A program made the position numbers and the translations under genes. This document shows positions 20,866 through 31,381 of a stretch of 64,000 bases of DNA, one piece after another. Each line of letters starts with the position of its first letter. Positions within the stretch are counted from its first letter, which is position 1. Under the pieces are notes generated by a model, which searched no databases, was not told the origin of the DNA, and was given only the letters and a program-made list of their open reading frames with translations. The stretch is from Negativicutes bacterium (GTDB lineage Bacteria; Bacillota; Negativicutes; UBA1444). The stretch lies in contig CAXXIN010000012.1 of NCBI GenBank assembly GCA_963665275.2, forward strand, positions 1 to 64,000, given 5' to 3'.

Positions 20866-21354
20866 TTAAAACTCCGCCCCCGAAAGTCGGCCAAACTCCC
20901 CTATTACGGCGCCAGTCGCCTTCACTAGATCTGTTGGTGCGATAAAAATCTGCATCCCGCGCATGCCGGCGCTGATTGAAATTGCCACTTGATCCACGGC
21001 GGCACGGTCTAAGTAGACCGGATAGTTTTTCTTGGCGCCCAGCGGCGAAACGCCTCCCCGAATGTAGCCGGTCAACGGAAGCACTTCGTTCAGGTGGACC
21101 ATTTCAACCTTTTTATTTCCACTGACAGACGCCAGCGCTTTCAGGTCGACTTCCGCCGCTCCAGAGACTACGGCCATAAGGACTCCGGTCTTATCTCCCC
21201 GCGCCACCAGCGTTTTGAAAACGCGTTCCAGAGACATGCCAACCTTTTGCGCCACGTTTTCCGCACTGAGGTCGTTTTCATCGACGGCATATTCACGAAT
21301 TTCATATTCAATTTTTAACTTGTCCAATAATCGGGCAGCGTTTGTTTTTTTCAT
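20866..21354 (-). CDS. ybaK: Cys-tRNA(Pro) deacylase
   Basis: KTNAARLLD, VFKTLV, TGYIRGGVSPLG, SAGMRG. Confidence 0.93.
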   Translation of the reverse strand: MKKTNAARLLDKLKIEYEIREYAVDENDLSAENVAQKVGMSLERVFKTLVARGDKTGVLMAVVSGAAEVDLKALASVSGNKKVEMVHLNEVLPLTGYIRGGVSPLGAKKNYPVYLDRAAVDQVAISISAGMRGMQIFIAPTDLVKATGAVIGEFGRLSGAEF

Positions 21355-21451
21355 AATCAATATAAATTCTTGACCAAACTGCAAAAGACCTTTTTTGCAC
21401 ATATAAAATCATAGCAGGAAACCAAGCGTTTGTCGTCCAATATTTATAAGC

Positions 21452-22401
21452 ATGAAAGTACAACTTAACATCGATTCAAACTCCATGTTGCGTTCCTGTC
21501 GGCTCTGCCCCCGCCTCTGCGGATCGGACCGCACACAGGGTGAACCCGGATTCTGCCGTGCGGGCGCATTGCCGCGAGTCGCGCTGGCTTCGCTGCATCA
21601 ATGGGAAGAGCCTTGCATCTCCGGGCCGCAGGGTTCGGGAACGGTTTTCTTTTCCTGCTGCAACCTCTCCTGTGTGTTTTGTCAAAACCGTGATATCAGC
21701 CAGTCAAGTAACGGCATCGACGTTACAGTAGCCAGATTGGCAGAAATTTTTCTTGAGCAACAGGAACGGGGAGCGCATAATCTGAATCTCGTCACACCGA
21801 CACCCTATGTCCCCCAGATCATCGAGGCCCTTTCCATCGCGCGCAGGTCCGGATTTTCGCTGACCGTCGTCTATAATACTTCGGCCTATGAGACTGTCGA
21901 AACCATTGAAGCCCTACGAGGCTGGGTCGATGTCTACCTGCCGGATCTGAAAATACCATAGTGATGACTTGGCAAGCCGGTTGTCTCATGCGCCCGACTA
22001 TTTTTTTTCATGCCACTGAAGCGATTCAGGCAATGATCAGCCAAACAGGTCCCTGTGTTTTTGATACGGACGGTCTCCTCCGCAGCGGGGTGCTGATACG
22101 CCACCTCGCGCTACCCGGACAGAGCGCCGACTCACGAAAGGTTCTCGCGGCCATGCGTGAGCGGTTTCGGCCCAGATGTATGGTTCAGTCTGATGAACCA
22201 GTATACTCCCCCAGCCGCGAATGGAAGCCTTCCCGGAACTTCAGCGACGACTGACGGATGAGGAATATGACGATTTGATCGACTTTGCCCTTTCACTGGG
22301 CCTGGAAAATGGTTTTTATCCAAGAAGCCGGCGCCGCCTCCGAACAATTTATTCCTGCATTCGATCTAAGAGGTGTCTCCACCAAAGGAGAATCCCCGTG
22401 A
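21452..22401 (+). CDS. PflX-like radical SAM protein (frameshifted)
   Basis: CRLCPRLC, HQWEEPCISG, CNLSCVFCQN (CxxxCxxC), NLNLVTPT, YLPDLK, IRHLALPG and a C-terminal FIPAFD spread over several frames. Confidence 0.82.
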
Positions 22402-22607
22402 CCAAAAAAGCGGATCGCATTTCTTGCCACAAATGCAAATTTTTCTATGTTACCTGGGGACAATTCATTTCCTTATGGCTGCAAAGCTATGGGATTCAAG
22501 GGCAAAAAGCACCCCCCTCCATGATGGTGTTCCAGGCATCAGGTAAAACCTGCATGGCCTATGAGGAAAAAGCTGAAAAAGTTTCTGAAGAAAAAAACAA
22601 AAATTGA
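22398..22607 (+). CDS. Small Cys-rich hypothetical protein (frameshifted)
   Basis: GTG overlaps the upstream stop, AGGAG RBS; CHKCKFFYVTW ... (GCKAMGFK in an alternate frame) ... PSMMVFQASGKTCMAY. Confidence 0.6.
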   Translation: MTKKADRISCHKCKFFYVTWGQFISLWLQSYGIQGQKAPPSMMVFQASGKTCMAYEEKAEKVSEEKNKN

Positions 22608-22614
22608 AAGGGAC

Positions 22615-24251
22615 GTGTTTTTTCTGCGACATCTACAATCTATTGTGTTAACCGCTCTTATTTTAGGGAACCTTCTCCCGCAGGCTTATGCAGCAGAGCC
22701 TACCAAGCCTGTCCCGCCGCCGACTTACTATATTAACGGCCAGGCCGCTTTCGCGGATTCCGGCGAACCGCTGAACGATGTTAAACAAGTCACTGCCTGT
22801 GACGCCCTGCCAGGCTACCAACGTTATACAGATCATGCCCAGGGATACTCCATCTGCGTCCCGGCATCACTGGCCCCCGATTTTTCCCTGTCCGCCGTTC
22901 GAAGCTCGTTCGGCGCCGGACCAACGCGACTCGAAGTCTACCACGACAATTTTGCCGATTCCATCTCCAATCCTCGGGGACTATATGGTCTACTCCAACC
23001 GCTTCCTGCCGGACAGCAGCCGTCACAACATCTCCGTCCGGGAAACCTTTGGCTGGAACGGGTTCACCGTCAACCGCATCAAATGGTCCCGCGCGCCGCT
23101 GGCGGCCCTGCCTAACGACCGCAATCATTATACAAGTTTGGAATTGCTCCGCTATCCCGATGAAGCTTATACAATATTTATCAAATCAGCTGAGCCGATT
23201 GAAAATGACCTCTCCATCCTGCACAGCTTCCAGCTGGTTGAGAAGCGCGGCGCACCCGGTATCTTCCGTCAGATGACTCCGGCAAAAACGAAACTTAATA
23301 AAGAAACCCGCGACTTCAAAGCAAAGTATTTTAGTGAAAACAGTCCCCTGCGCTGGGGCTATTTTGATTGTTCCGCTCCCGAGCAACTGCGGCATGTCAA
23401 GGAATTGGAGGCGCGTCTCGGCTATAAATTCTCGTTCGTGCTCCGTTATCAGTCGCTTGACGAACGAGCCGCAGTCCAGGGCTTGGCCAACGGGTACGCT
23501 GACGGTCGCTATACCGAACTGACGATGCAGACCACCCACGCCGATACGGTGAACGCCCCTGTTGGCCGGCGCCAATCGCGGCAATCAGGATCTCATGTAT
23601 GATATCCTTGACCGGCAATATGATGAATATTTTCGCGAGTATGCCAAATCGCTGAAAGCGTTCGGTCATCCGGTGCTTTTCCGCCTCAACAACGAAATGA
23701 ACGGGGACTGGTGCTGGTATTCGGCCATGTACGCCGGCAAGGACACGGATATTTACAAGGCGGTCTGGCGGCATATCCACGGATTGTTTGACGAAGTCGG
23801 CGTCGATAACGTATTGTGGGTATGGAACCCCCACGACATGTCCCTGCCTGATTTCAAATGGAACCATTCGCTGATGTACTACCCCGGCGACGACGTGGTC
23901 GATATCATCGGCGTTACCGGCTACAATACCGGAACCTACTTTCCTGGAGAAAAATGGCGAACCTTTCACGACATCTATCGGCAAGTCGATGTGGACTATT
24001 CCGACTGGTTTGACAAGCCGCTCATGATCACAGAATTCGGCTCCAATTCTGTCGGCGGTGACAAAGCGGCCTGGATCGATAGCATGTTCCGGGAAATTCC
24101 CGACTATAAACGAATCAAGGTGGCTATCTGGTGGAGCGGCATCGACCTGGATGAAGCCGGTCGCCCCGGACGCATTTATTTGCTGGATGAAAACGACTCG
24201 ACAACAGAAGCATTTCGTCGTGGCCTGAAGAACTACCCCAGCCCGAAGTAG
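22615..24251 (+). CDS. GH26-family glycoside hydrolase, copy 1 (two frameshifts)
   Basis: Signal peptide (AYA); FRLNNEMNGDW acid/base and ITEFG nucleophile motifs, WVWNP, YYPGDDVVD; start approximate. Confidence 0.8.
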
Positions 24252-24290
24252 AAAATTTTACTCACTTGAGTCATCAATGGAGGTCTCGCC

Positions 24291-25920
24291 TTGAACCATA
24301 AAAAATTAGGAATCGCACTCTGCATCATTCACTTAGCACTATTCGAGTTCTTCCCCAACCCTGTCGTCGTTGCAGCCCCTGCCCAACCAGCCTTTTGGTA
24401 CATCAACGGCCAACCATCCCAGTCGCCGCCCGCAGGTGCGTGGCCGGACGTCAAAAAAAATCGACTCCTGCGAAATTCAACCCGGCTATCAGAAATTCAC
24501 AGACTACCCTCACGGATATTCAGTCTGCATTCCGGCAGGATTGCGGCCCGATTTTTCGCTTTCCGCCGTACGCAGTTCGTTTGAAAATCCTGACACGCAT
24601 ATCGAAATCTACTACGACAATTTTTCCAGCTTCAATCCCAACCCTTGGGACTACATGACTGACGCCAATAAGAATCTCCTTTCTTCACAACGAAATCACA
24701 TCGCCACGCAGGAAACCTTTGAATGGAGCGGTCTCACGGTTAACCGACTCAAATGGTCCCGCGCGCCACTAACAGCTGTGAAAGGCGACCGTAACTACTA
24801 TGCCAGCCTGGAGCTGAAACTTTTCGCGGATGAGTATTACACGATCTTCATCAAGTCATCAAAACCGATTGACAATGATCTGGATATCCTTCACAGCTTC
24901 CGTTGGGATGCGAAACGAGGCACGGCGGGAGTCTTCCGCAATCCGGTCCCTGTTGCCCCAAAGCGGAATAAAGAAACCATTGATTTCCTCAAAAAATACT
25001 TTGCCAAAGACAGCCCGCTACGCTGGGGACTATTCGACTATAATGCACCGGATAATCTCCAAAGCGTTATGGATTTAGAATCCCGTCTCGGATATAAATT
25101 CAACTTTCTGCTGCGCTATCAGTCTTTGGAGGATTTTCCTCCCGTCGCCGGCCTGGAAAAAGCCTACACGGACGGACGTTACACCCAACTGTCGATGGAA
25201 ACCACGCACCCCGAAGCCAATAATGCCCTAAGGTTCGGCGAGAGCCAAATTAACAGGGAAGTCCTGTATGAAATTCTGGACGGAAAATACGATGATCATT
25301 TCCGAAAATATGCCCAGACACTCAAAAACTTCGGACATCCGGTCCTGTTCCGCTTTGACAACGAAATGAACGGTGACTGGTGCTGGTACTCCGCAACTTT
25401 TAGCGGCAAAGACACGAATATTTATAAGGCGGCCTGGCGGCACGTCCACCGCCTGTTCGACGAAGTCGGCGTCGACAACGTGCTCTGGGTCTGGAATCCC
25501 AACGACCTGTCTTTCCCCAGATTCAAGTGGAACGAAGCCCTGATGTACTACCCTGGCGATGATGTAGTCGATATTGTCGGTCTCACCGGCTATAACACAG
25601 GAACCTACTTTCGTGACGATCCATGGCGGGAATTCCCTGCCATTTATCAACCTCTTTACGCTGATTACTCCGCATGGTTTGACAAGCCTTTCATAATCGG
25701 CGAATTCGGTTCCAACTCCGTGGGCGGCGATAAAGTGGCCTGGATTAATAAAATGTTCCGCGAAATGCCCAAATTCAATCGCATCAAGGTAGCTATCTGG
25801 TGGAGCGGCATCGATTGGGATGAAGCTGGCCGGCCGGGACGAATCTATAAGCTAGATGAAACTGATGCTACTGTCGATGCTTTCCGCCGAGGATTGCAGG
25901 AATACAACAATAAGAAATAG
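24291..25920 (+). CDS. GH26-family glycoside hydrolase, copy 2 (frameshift at A8 run 24453-24460)
   Basis: GGAGG RBS, TTG start, signal peptide; FRFDNEMNGDW, IGEFG, YYPGDDVVD. Confidence 0.83.
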
Positions 25921-25933
25921 GAGGAATACCAAC

Positions 25934-26830
25934 ATGTCTAAACTAGTCGAATGCGTACCGAATTTTAGCGAGGGACGCCGCCCCGAAGTCATCGAAGCCA
26001 TTGCTGCCGAGGTGCGGAATGTTCCCAATGTCAAACTGCTCGATGTCAAAGCGGATGCCAGCCACAACCGGGTAGTCGTCACCTTTGTCGGCGAACCCCA
26101 GGCGGTTAAGCAGGCCGCCTTCAATGCCTGCAAAAAAGCGACCGAACTGATCGACATGGAAAAACAGCGAGGAGAACATCCACGTATCGGCGCAACCGAT
26201 GTCATCCCCTTCATCCCGGTTAAAAACATGACCATGGAAGAATGCGTCCAATTAGCGGATGAACTCGCACAAGAAATCGCCGAAAAGCTCGAAATTCCGG
26301 TCTATCTTTATGAAGAAGCAGCCAAAATTCCAACCCGCAAAGCTCTGCCCGACATTCGCAAAGGTCAGTACGAGGGACTGAAAGCCGAAATCAGCAAGCC
26401 GGAGCGGCAACCCGATTATGGTCCGGCCCGCATGCACCCAACGGCTGGCGCAACCGTCGTCGGCGCCCGCCAGTTTCTCATCGCCTACAACATCAACCTC
26501 GATACAAGTGATGTCCACATCGCGAAAAAAATCGCCAACTGCATCCGGGAAGCCAAGGGAGGTTACCGCTACGTCCGCGCGATGGGAGTCAGTGTACAGG
26601 TAGGCGGTCGTGATATCGCCCAGGTCACGATCAACATGGTTAACTATAATGGCACGCCTCTGTTCCGGGTGTTCGAGACCGTCAAATCCGAAGCCGCCCG
26701 TTATGGGGTGAATATCATCGGCAGCGAAATCATCGGACTGACGCCGATGCAAGCCCTTCTTGATGTCGCTGAATTCTACCTGCGGCTCGATGGTTTTGAC
26801 CGCAAACAAGTATTGGAGGACAATCTGTGA
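25934..26830 (+). CDS. ftcD: Glutamate formimidoyltransferase
   Basis: LVECVPNFSEGR, HNRVVVT, GEHPRIGATDVIPF, IRKGQYEGL; ATG 25934 with GGAGG RBS. Confidence 0.95.
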   Translation: MSKLVECVPNFSEGRRPEVIEAIAAEVRNVPNVKLLDVKADASHNRVVVTFVGEPQAVKQAAFNACKKATELIDMEKQRGEHPRIGATDVIPFIPVKNMTMEECVQLADELAQEIAEKLEIPVYLYEEAAKIPTRKALPDIRKGQYEGLKAEISKPERQPDYGPARMHPTAGATVVGARQFLIAYNINLDTSDVHIAKKIANCIREAKGGYRYVRAMGVSVQVGGRDIAQVTINMVNYNGTPLFRVFETVKSEAARYGVNIIGSEIIGLTPMQALLDVAEFYLRLDGFDRKQVLEDNL

Positions 26831-27456
26831 TGTTAGTGGCTAAATCCGTCCGTGATTTCGTGACCGAACTGGCCTCAGACTCCGCCGCTCCCGGCGGCGG
26901 CAGCGCCGCTGCCCTAGCGGGAGCCCTGGGCGCGGCTTTGACTACAATGGTCTGCAACCTATCGCTCGATGAAGAAAAATTTCAGGCCGTCTTGCCGGAA
27001 ATCCAGGCCATCCGCCTCCAAGCTTCCGCCCTGCAGGAAAAGCTGACGAACGCCGTCGATGAAGACGCCCAGGCTTTCAATTCAGTCATGAATGCCTACA
27101 AACTGCCAAAGTCCAATGACGAAGAAAAGAAGGCCCGCCTTGCAACCATCCAGCAGTCCATGAAGCAGGCAGCCCTTTTACCGCTCGGTGTTGCTGGGGA
27201 TAGTCTCGAAGCGCTGAAACTTGCCGCCCGCATCCTGCCGCTTGGAAACCAGAATGCCGCCAGTGATGCAGCCGTATCCGGCCTCATGGCTTACGCAGCC
27301 ATCCAGGGGGCCCTCTTCAATGTAAAAATCAATCTCGGCTTCATCAAAGACGCAGACTTCTGCGCCACAACCAGAGATCGAATTACCGCGATCTCCGCCG
27401 AAGCGAAACAGGAAAACGCCGCTCTCGAGGCGGCAGCGCAAAAAATCCTGGGGTAA
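26827..27456 (+). CDS. Formiminotetrahydrofolate cyclodeaminase (FTCD_C family)
   Basis: LASDSAAPGGGSAAA, GNQNAASD, NVKINL; overlaps the ftcD stop. Confidence 0.9.
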   Translation: MMLVAKSVRDFVTELASDSAAPGGGSAAALAGALGAALTTMVCNLSLDEEKFQAVLPEIQAIRLQASALQEKLTNAVDEDAQAFNSVMNAYKLPKSNDEEKKARLATIQQSMKQAALLPLGVAGDSLEALKLAARILPLGNQNAASDAAVSGLMAYAAIQGALFNVKINLGFIKDADFCATTRDRITAISAEAKQENAALEAAAQKILG

Positions 27457-27507
27457 TGTATAGAAGCCGCTACATACTCAGTACAATTCCATGACAGCGT
27501 TCAAGCC

Positions 27508-27550
27508 AAAAGCAGCGGCCTCGTATACTTTCTACGAGGCTGCTGCTTTT
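27508..27550 (+). terminator. Intrinsic terminator
   Basis: AAAGCAGCGGCCTCGTA...TACGAGGCTGCTGCTTT hairpin with T tail. Confidence 0.8.
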
Positions 27551-27652
27551 GATTTTAGAAGGAGATTATTGTCCTTTGTAGAAAAGGTAAAACATGACAC
27601 CTCACCTCAAACATGTTAGAGAACTGCAATAAGAAGGATAGGAGTATCGCTC

Positions 27653-28351
27653 ATGTCAATATCTTCAATTATTTCGTCCCAACTTAGATCGCTGAAGGCA
27701 GGCAAACACTCCTGGCTTTTTTTGTATTTTTGCTCAATCATCGCGCCCTTCACGTATATTCTACTCTTCATGTTTAAGTTTGCCGGTCCAGGTTCCTCTT
27801 CTTTCCTGCTTACCCTGATCTTGACGGTCATCGGTTTCTACTGCACACTCATTCCTTTATTGGCAATAGCGCAAATGTTTTGGACATCAGTCAGCAGCCG
27901 CAAATTGACCGGAGAAAAATTATTACGGTTGTTATTTACTTACTTTTATATGCTATTCGCCTTCGCAGGAGTCTATTTGGTGTTGTACTTTCATTCGGAC
28001 TTCAACTTGGCTCGGCACGAGTTTTCGAGTTTATCCGAAACTGCAGAGCCTGAAAAAACAACTGCGTACCTGGCAATTTCAGGAGTCAGCGAACGTTTTT
28101 GGACGCCTGGAGATTTTCAGACGAGTACCGAATCAGGCGAAACCCCGCAACCCGTGCTACGACATCTGCCTCTCATTTATTTGGATATGCTGTACTTCAG
28201 CGTGGCGACATTAACAACCACCGGCTTTGGTGATATTGTGGCCAAGTCGCCCGGTGTGAAAACAGTTGTAATTATCGAAGCCTTGCTGGGAAATCTGCTT
28301 CTCGTCCTCGGCCTAGCCAGTATCGTTCCCCGCAACGATTCCGATTCTTGA
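27653..28351 (+). CDS. Ion channel (Ion_trans_2) membrane protein
   Basis: Several TM helices; pore motif YFSVATLTTTGFGDI. Confidence 0.85.
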   Translation: MSISSIISSQLRSLKAGKHSWLFLYFCSIIAPFTYILLFMFKFAGPGSSSFLLTLILTVIGFYCTLIPLLAIAQMFWTSVSSRKLTGEKLLRLLFTYFYMLFAFAGVYLVLYFHSDFNLARHEFSSLSETAEPEKTTAYLAISGVSERFWTPGDFQTSTESGETPQPVLRHLPLIYLDMLYFSVATLTTTGFGDIVAKSPGVKTVVIIEALLGNLLLVLGLASIVPRNDSDS

Positions 28352-28368
28352 ACGACAGGGGATAAAAT

Positions 28369-29517
28369 GTGAGAAAAAAACTTTACACTGCGCTGCAGAA
28401 CTTTATCCAGTTAGAACAATTCAGCGGCCTGCTCCTCATGGGCTGCCTGCTGATTTCATTATTGATCGCACACTCTGACTTGTCTGCGAAGTATGAAATT
28501 TTTCTGCGCGACTACGCACTGCAACACTGGATCAACGAAGGCCTCATGACGGTTTTCTTTTTTGTTGTTGGCTTGGAGATTAAGCGCGAGGTAATGGGCG
28601 GTGAGCTGTCAGAGCCACGTCAGGCCCTCTTTCCAGTGTTGGCTGCTATCGGCGGAATGGTCGTTCCCGCTCTGATTTATGGAGCTTTGAACTGGAATGG
28701 CGCAAGCATTTCAGGCTGGGCGATCCCCATGGCCACCGATATTGCGTTTGCACTGGGTGTACTGACATTATTGGGGCAACGAGTACCGCTTTCCCTCAAA
28801 TTGTTTTTAAGCGCACTTGCTATCGTGGATGACATCGGAGCCATAGTCGTGATTGCCTTGTTTTATTCCGGGGCACTGTCCTGGATTCATCTGTCGTACG
28901 TACTTGTCATAGCTGCTGGAATAGCAGGCGTCGCCAAATATTTCAAAATACGAAATCCACTTTTCTTTCTATTAGCTCTGTTTCTGATCTGGCTCTGTTT
29001 TATCCCCACGGGAATTCACGCCACCCTGGCCGGAATTTTGGCTGCCATGCTGGTACCCTCCGCTAACGAGGTTTCCAACAGAGAGTTCCGCAGCTCCCCG
29101 CTGGAACGGTTGGAGGCAATACTGCATCCCTGGGTGGCATTCGTCATCCTCCCGGCTTTCATCCTCGCCAATGCCGGCGTACGTATTGATAGTAATTTCA
29201 GACTGTTTTTTCAGGAACCCTTATTTCTCGGGATCCTGGCTGGCTTGTTTTTAGGGAAACCGCTGGGCATCGTTTTGTTCGCCTGGCTTGGATGCCATCT
29301 TCGCTGGGCTCAAAAACCCAGCAACATTGGCTGGAAGCATATCGCAGGGGTCGGATTCATCGGAGGAATTGGATTTACAATGTCGCTTTTTGTCAGCGGT
29401 CTTTCTTTTCCAGCACCACATTCCCTGCTACCTATTGCAAAGACTGCCGTGATCACTGCATCCTTTGCCGCAGGCGCCGTAGGCCTGGGCCTGCTGAATC
29501 GCACTTGTCACAAATAA
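28369..29517 (+). CDS. nhaA: Na+/H+ antiporter NhaA
   Basis: FFFVVGLEIKRE, GWAIPMATDIAFA, LAIVDDIGAI, GKPLG, GIGFTMSLF. Confidence 0.95.
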   Translation: MRKKLYTALQNFIQLEQFSGLLLMGCLLISLLIAHSDLSAKYEIFLRDYALQHWINEGLMTVFFFVVGLEIKREVMGGELSEPRQALFPVLAAIGGMVVPALIYGALNWNGASISGWAIPMATDIAFALGVLTLLGQRVPLSLKLFLSALAIVDDIGAIVVIALFYSGALSWIHLSYVLVIAAGIAGVAKYFKIRNPLFFLLALFLIWLCFIPTGIHATLAGILAAMLVPSANEVSNREFRSSPLERLEAILHPWVAFVILPAFILANAGVRIDSNFRLFFQEPLFLGILAGLFLGKPLGIVLFAWLGCHLRWAQKPSNIGWKHIAGVGFIGGIGFTMSLFVSGLSFPAPHSLLPIAKTAVITASFAAGAVGLGLLNRTCHK

Positions 29518-29529
29518 CAGCCTCGAACC

Positions 29530-30018
29530 TTATTCTTCCATCAGACAAAATCCACCCTGGCACATTGCCAATTCAACATCGGGATTCTGTTCCATCGGTA
29601 TATTGACTCGCGTTACCATCTGCTGATCCGCCCTCATGTAACGAACCTCGTGCACCACTACCCGAAACAGCACTAATGCCGTTGTATCCCGCGCCGGAAA
29701 AGTTTTCTTCATCTCCGACATTTCCGAATACATCATATCCAACATAGCCCGGTATAAAGGCGACCCCGGGCGGGTTTCATCCCTTACCCGGCCCGAGAGA
29801 GAGAGCACTTCGTAATTTTTCCCCACCACGCAAATCTCAATGCGCGGATTGTTTTTCAGCTCAACCACTTTTCGCGTATCAAATGGACTGAACAGCCAAA
29901 TATGTCCTTCCTTATCCACATAGAGTTTCATCGGGCGAACCCGTGGTTGATTCCCATCGAGGCTCCCCAAAAAAGCAGTTTCGCTTTTCAGCAAATTGAG
30001 AACTTCTTGTTCATACAT
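29530..30018 (-). CDS. Pyridoxamine 5'-phosphate oxidase-like FMN-binding protein
   Basis: DGNQPRVRPM, KVVELKNNPRIEIC. Confidence 0.8.
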   Translation of the reverse strand: MYEQEVLNLLKSETAFLGSLDGNQPRVRPMKLYVDKEGHIWLFSPFDTRKVVELKNNPRIEICVVGKNYEVLSLSGRVRDETRPGSPLYRAMLDMMYSEMSEMKKTFPARDTTALVLFRVVVHEVRYMRADQQMVTRVNIPMEQNPDVELAMCQGGFCLMEE

Positions 30019-30182
30019 ATTACAGCACCTCCAACGAAATTAGACGACGTTTGTCTCTTTAAAAACATTTCTCCGTTACTTTTACTTTCTCCTGCACTTT
30101 ACTAGTTTTCATGTCAATTGTAGAAATGCAATCCAAGAATATGCCGATTGTTTTTTCTATGCTTTTCCTGCCAAGAACTTTC

Positions 30183-30905
30183 TTACAGTATGCTCGCGTG
30201 GCTAGGCGCCGCATCAGCTAATTTTTGCATGAACTCTGACGCCGCCGGCAATTGTTCCATCACCCACCACGGAGAATGCTCCGCTAGTTCCGCTGCACTG
30301 AATGTGCCTGTCGCGACGCCGATCGTATACGCCCCGATATTTTTTCCGCACCGGATATCATGTGGGGTATCGCCGATTACAAAGACTCTTGCAGCTTCCC
30401 CCACAGTCAGGGACCGAACAGCGATCAACGCTCGACTGGCCACATCATCCCGAGTTTTTGAGTTTTCGCAAAAAGCGCTCTGATCAAAATCGAAATATGA
30501 TTCCAGCCCGAATTTTCTCATTTTCGCTTCGGCGCCCCTGCGGCTGTTACCTGTCAGCAGCAAGGAAATCGCGCCCTGTTCATGCAACTTCGCCAGAATT
30601 TCCCGCACCGACGGCAATACCCGTCCCTCATGCTGTGCAAGATGCTCCGGCAGCAATTCTTCATAACGTCCTGCCAGTGCGATTATTTCTTCATGCCTGG
30701 CCGATCGCCCCAGCATTGTCGTTAGGATTTGCCCGGCAATGGAATAGTCCGTCATGCCGGCAGCCTGAATTTGCAGCAGATCAACCTGACTAAGCCCCTG
30801 TTCGGCTGCCGCCGCCTGAAATGCGAACAATCCTGCCCTGGCAGTTCGAATCAACGTTCCATCAATATCCCAGAATATAATATCCAAAAGTATCGTTCCT
30901 TTCAT
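30183..30905 (-). CDS. HAD-superfamily hydrolase
   Basis: WDIDGTL, LLTGN, IGDTPHD motifs. Confidence 0.9.
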   Translation of the reverse strand: MKGTILLDIIFWDIDGTLIRTARAGLFAFQAAAAEQGLSQVDLLQIQAAGMTDYSIAGQILTTMLGRSARHEEIIALAGRYEELLPEHLAQHEGRVLPSVREILAKLHEQGAISLLLTGNSRRGAEAKMRKFGLESYFDFDQSAFCENSKTRDDVASRALIAVRSLTVGEAARVFVIGDTPHDIRCGKNIGAYTIGVATGTFSAAELAEHSPWWVMEQLPAASEFMQKLADAAPSHASIL

Positions 30906-30976
30906 TGCCTGTCTTAATGATCTTCCTTCTCCCTCTCTCTGTCATTCCCCTCCCTGCGTCTGCGAAAACTTTTCTA

Positions 30977-31037
30977 TTTTAAAACAAAGTGGAACAGATA
31001 GGCCTTGCGGCTTTATCTGCTCCACTTTGTTTTAAAA
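30977..31037. repeat. Long imperfect inverted repeat (terminator or stabilising hairpin)
   Basis: TTTTAAAACAAAGTGGAACAGATA...TATCTGCTCCACTTTGTTTTAAAA. Confidence 0.7.
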
Positions 31038-31071
31038 GACTGGTTTTGAGTCTTATACGACTTGGCTTACG

Positions 31072-31317
31072 TTAATGTCCGCCGAACACCCCGTCGAGAT
31101 CTGAAATCAGGTCACGGAGGATTCCGGCTTCTTGGGGGTTCAAAGTGACGCCCTTGCTCATTTTTATGTGATTTTCATCCCATTCGCGAAGATCAAGTTT
31201 CGGTGGTCGTTCATTCCAGCTCACCAGATTGACTTCCTTCTTCCACCCCTTTGTGCCCTCTGCCAGCACGCCAATATGACGCACGATCGAGAACTTGAAC
31301 TCCCTGTTTTCTTCCAC
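31072..31317 (-). CDS. YdbC/PC4-family ssDNA-binding protein
   Basis: GWKKEVNLVSWN...LDLREW...MSKGVTL. Confidence 0.88.
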   Translation of the reverse strand: MEENREFKFSIVRHIGVLAEGTKGWKKEVNLVSWNERPPKLDLREWDENHIKMSKGVTLNPQEAGILRDLISDLDGVFGGH

Positions 31318-31381
31318 TGTGGTCGCTTCCCTTCACCGCGGCATTCGCCGCATATATACGCCGCAAATGCGACGCAAGCTC

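Noticed and set aside
30977-31037. Long inverted repeat as a MITE or IS end
   Set aside because: Single copy in the window, no target-site duplication or transposase seen.
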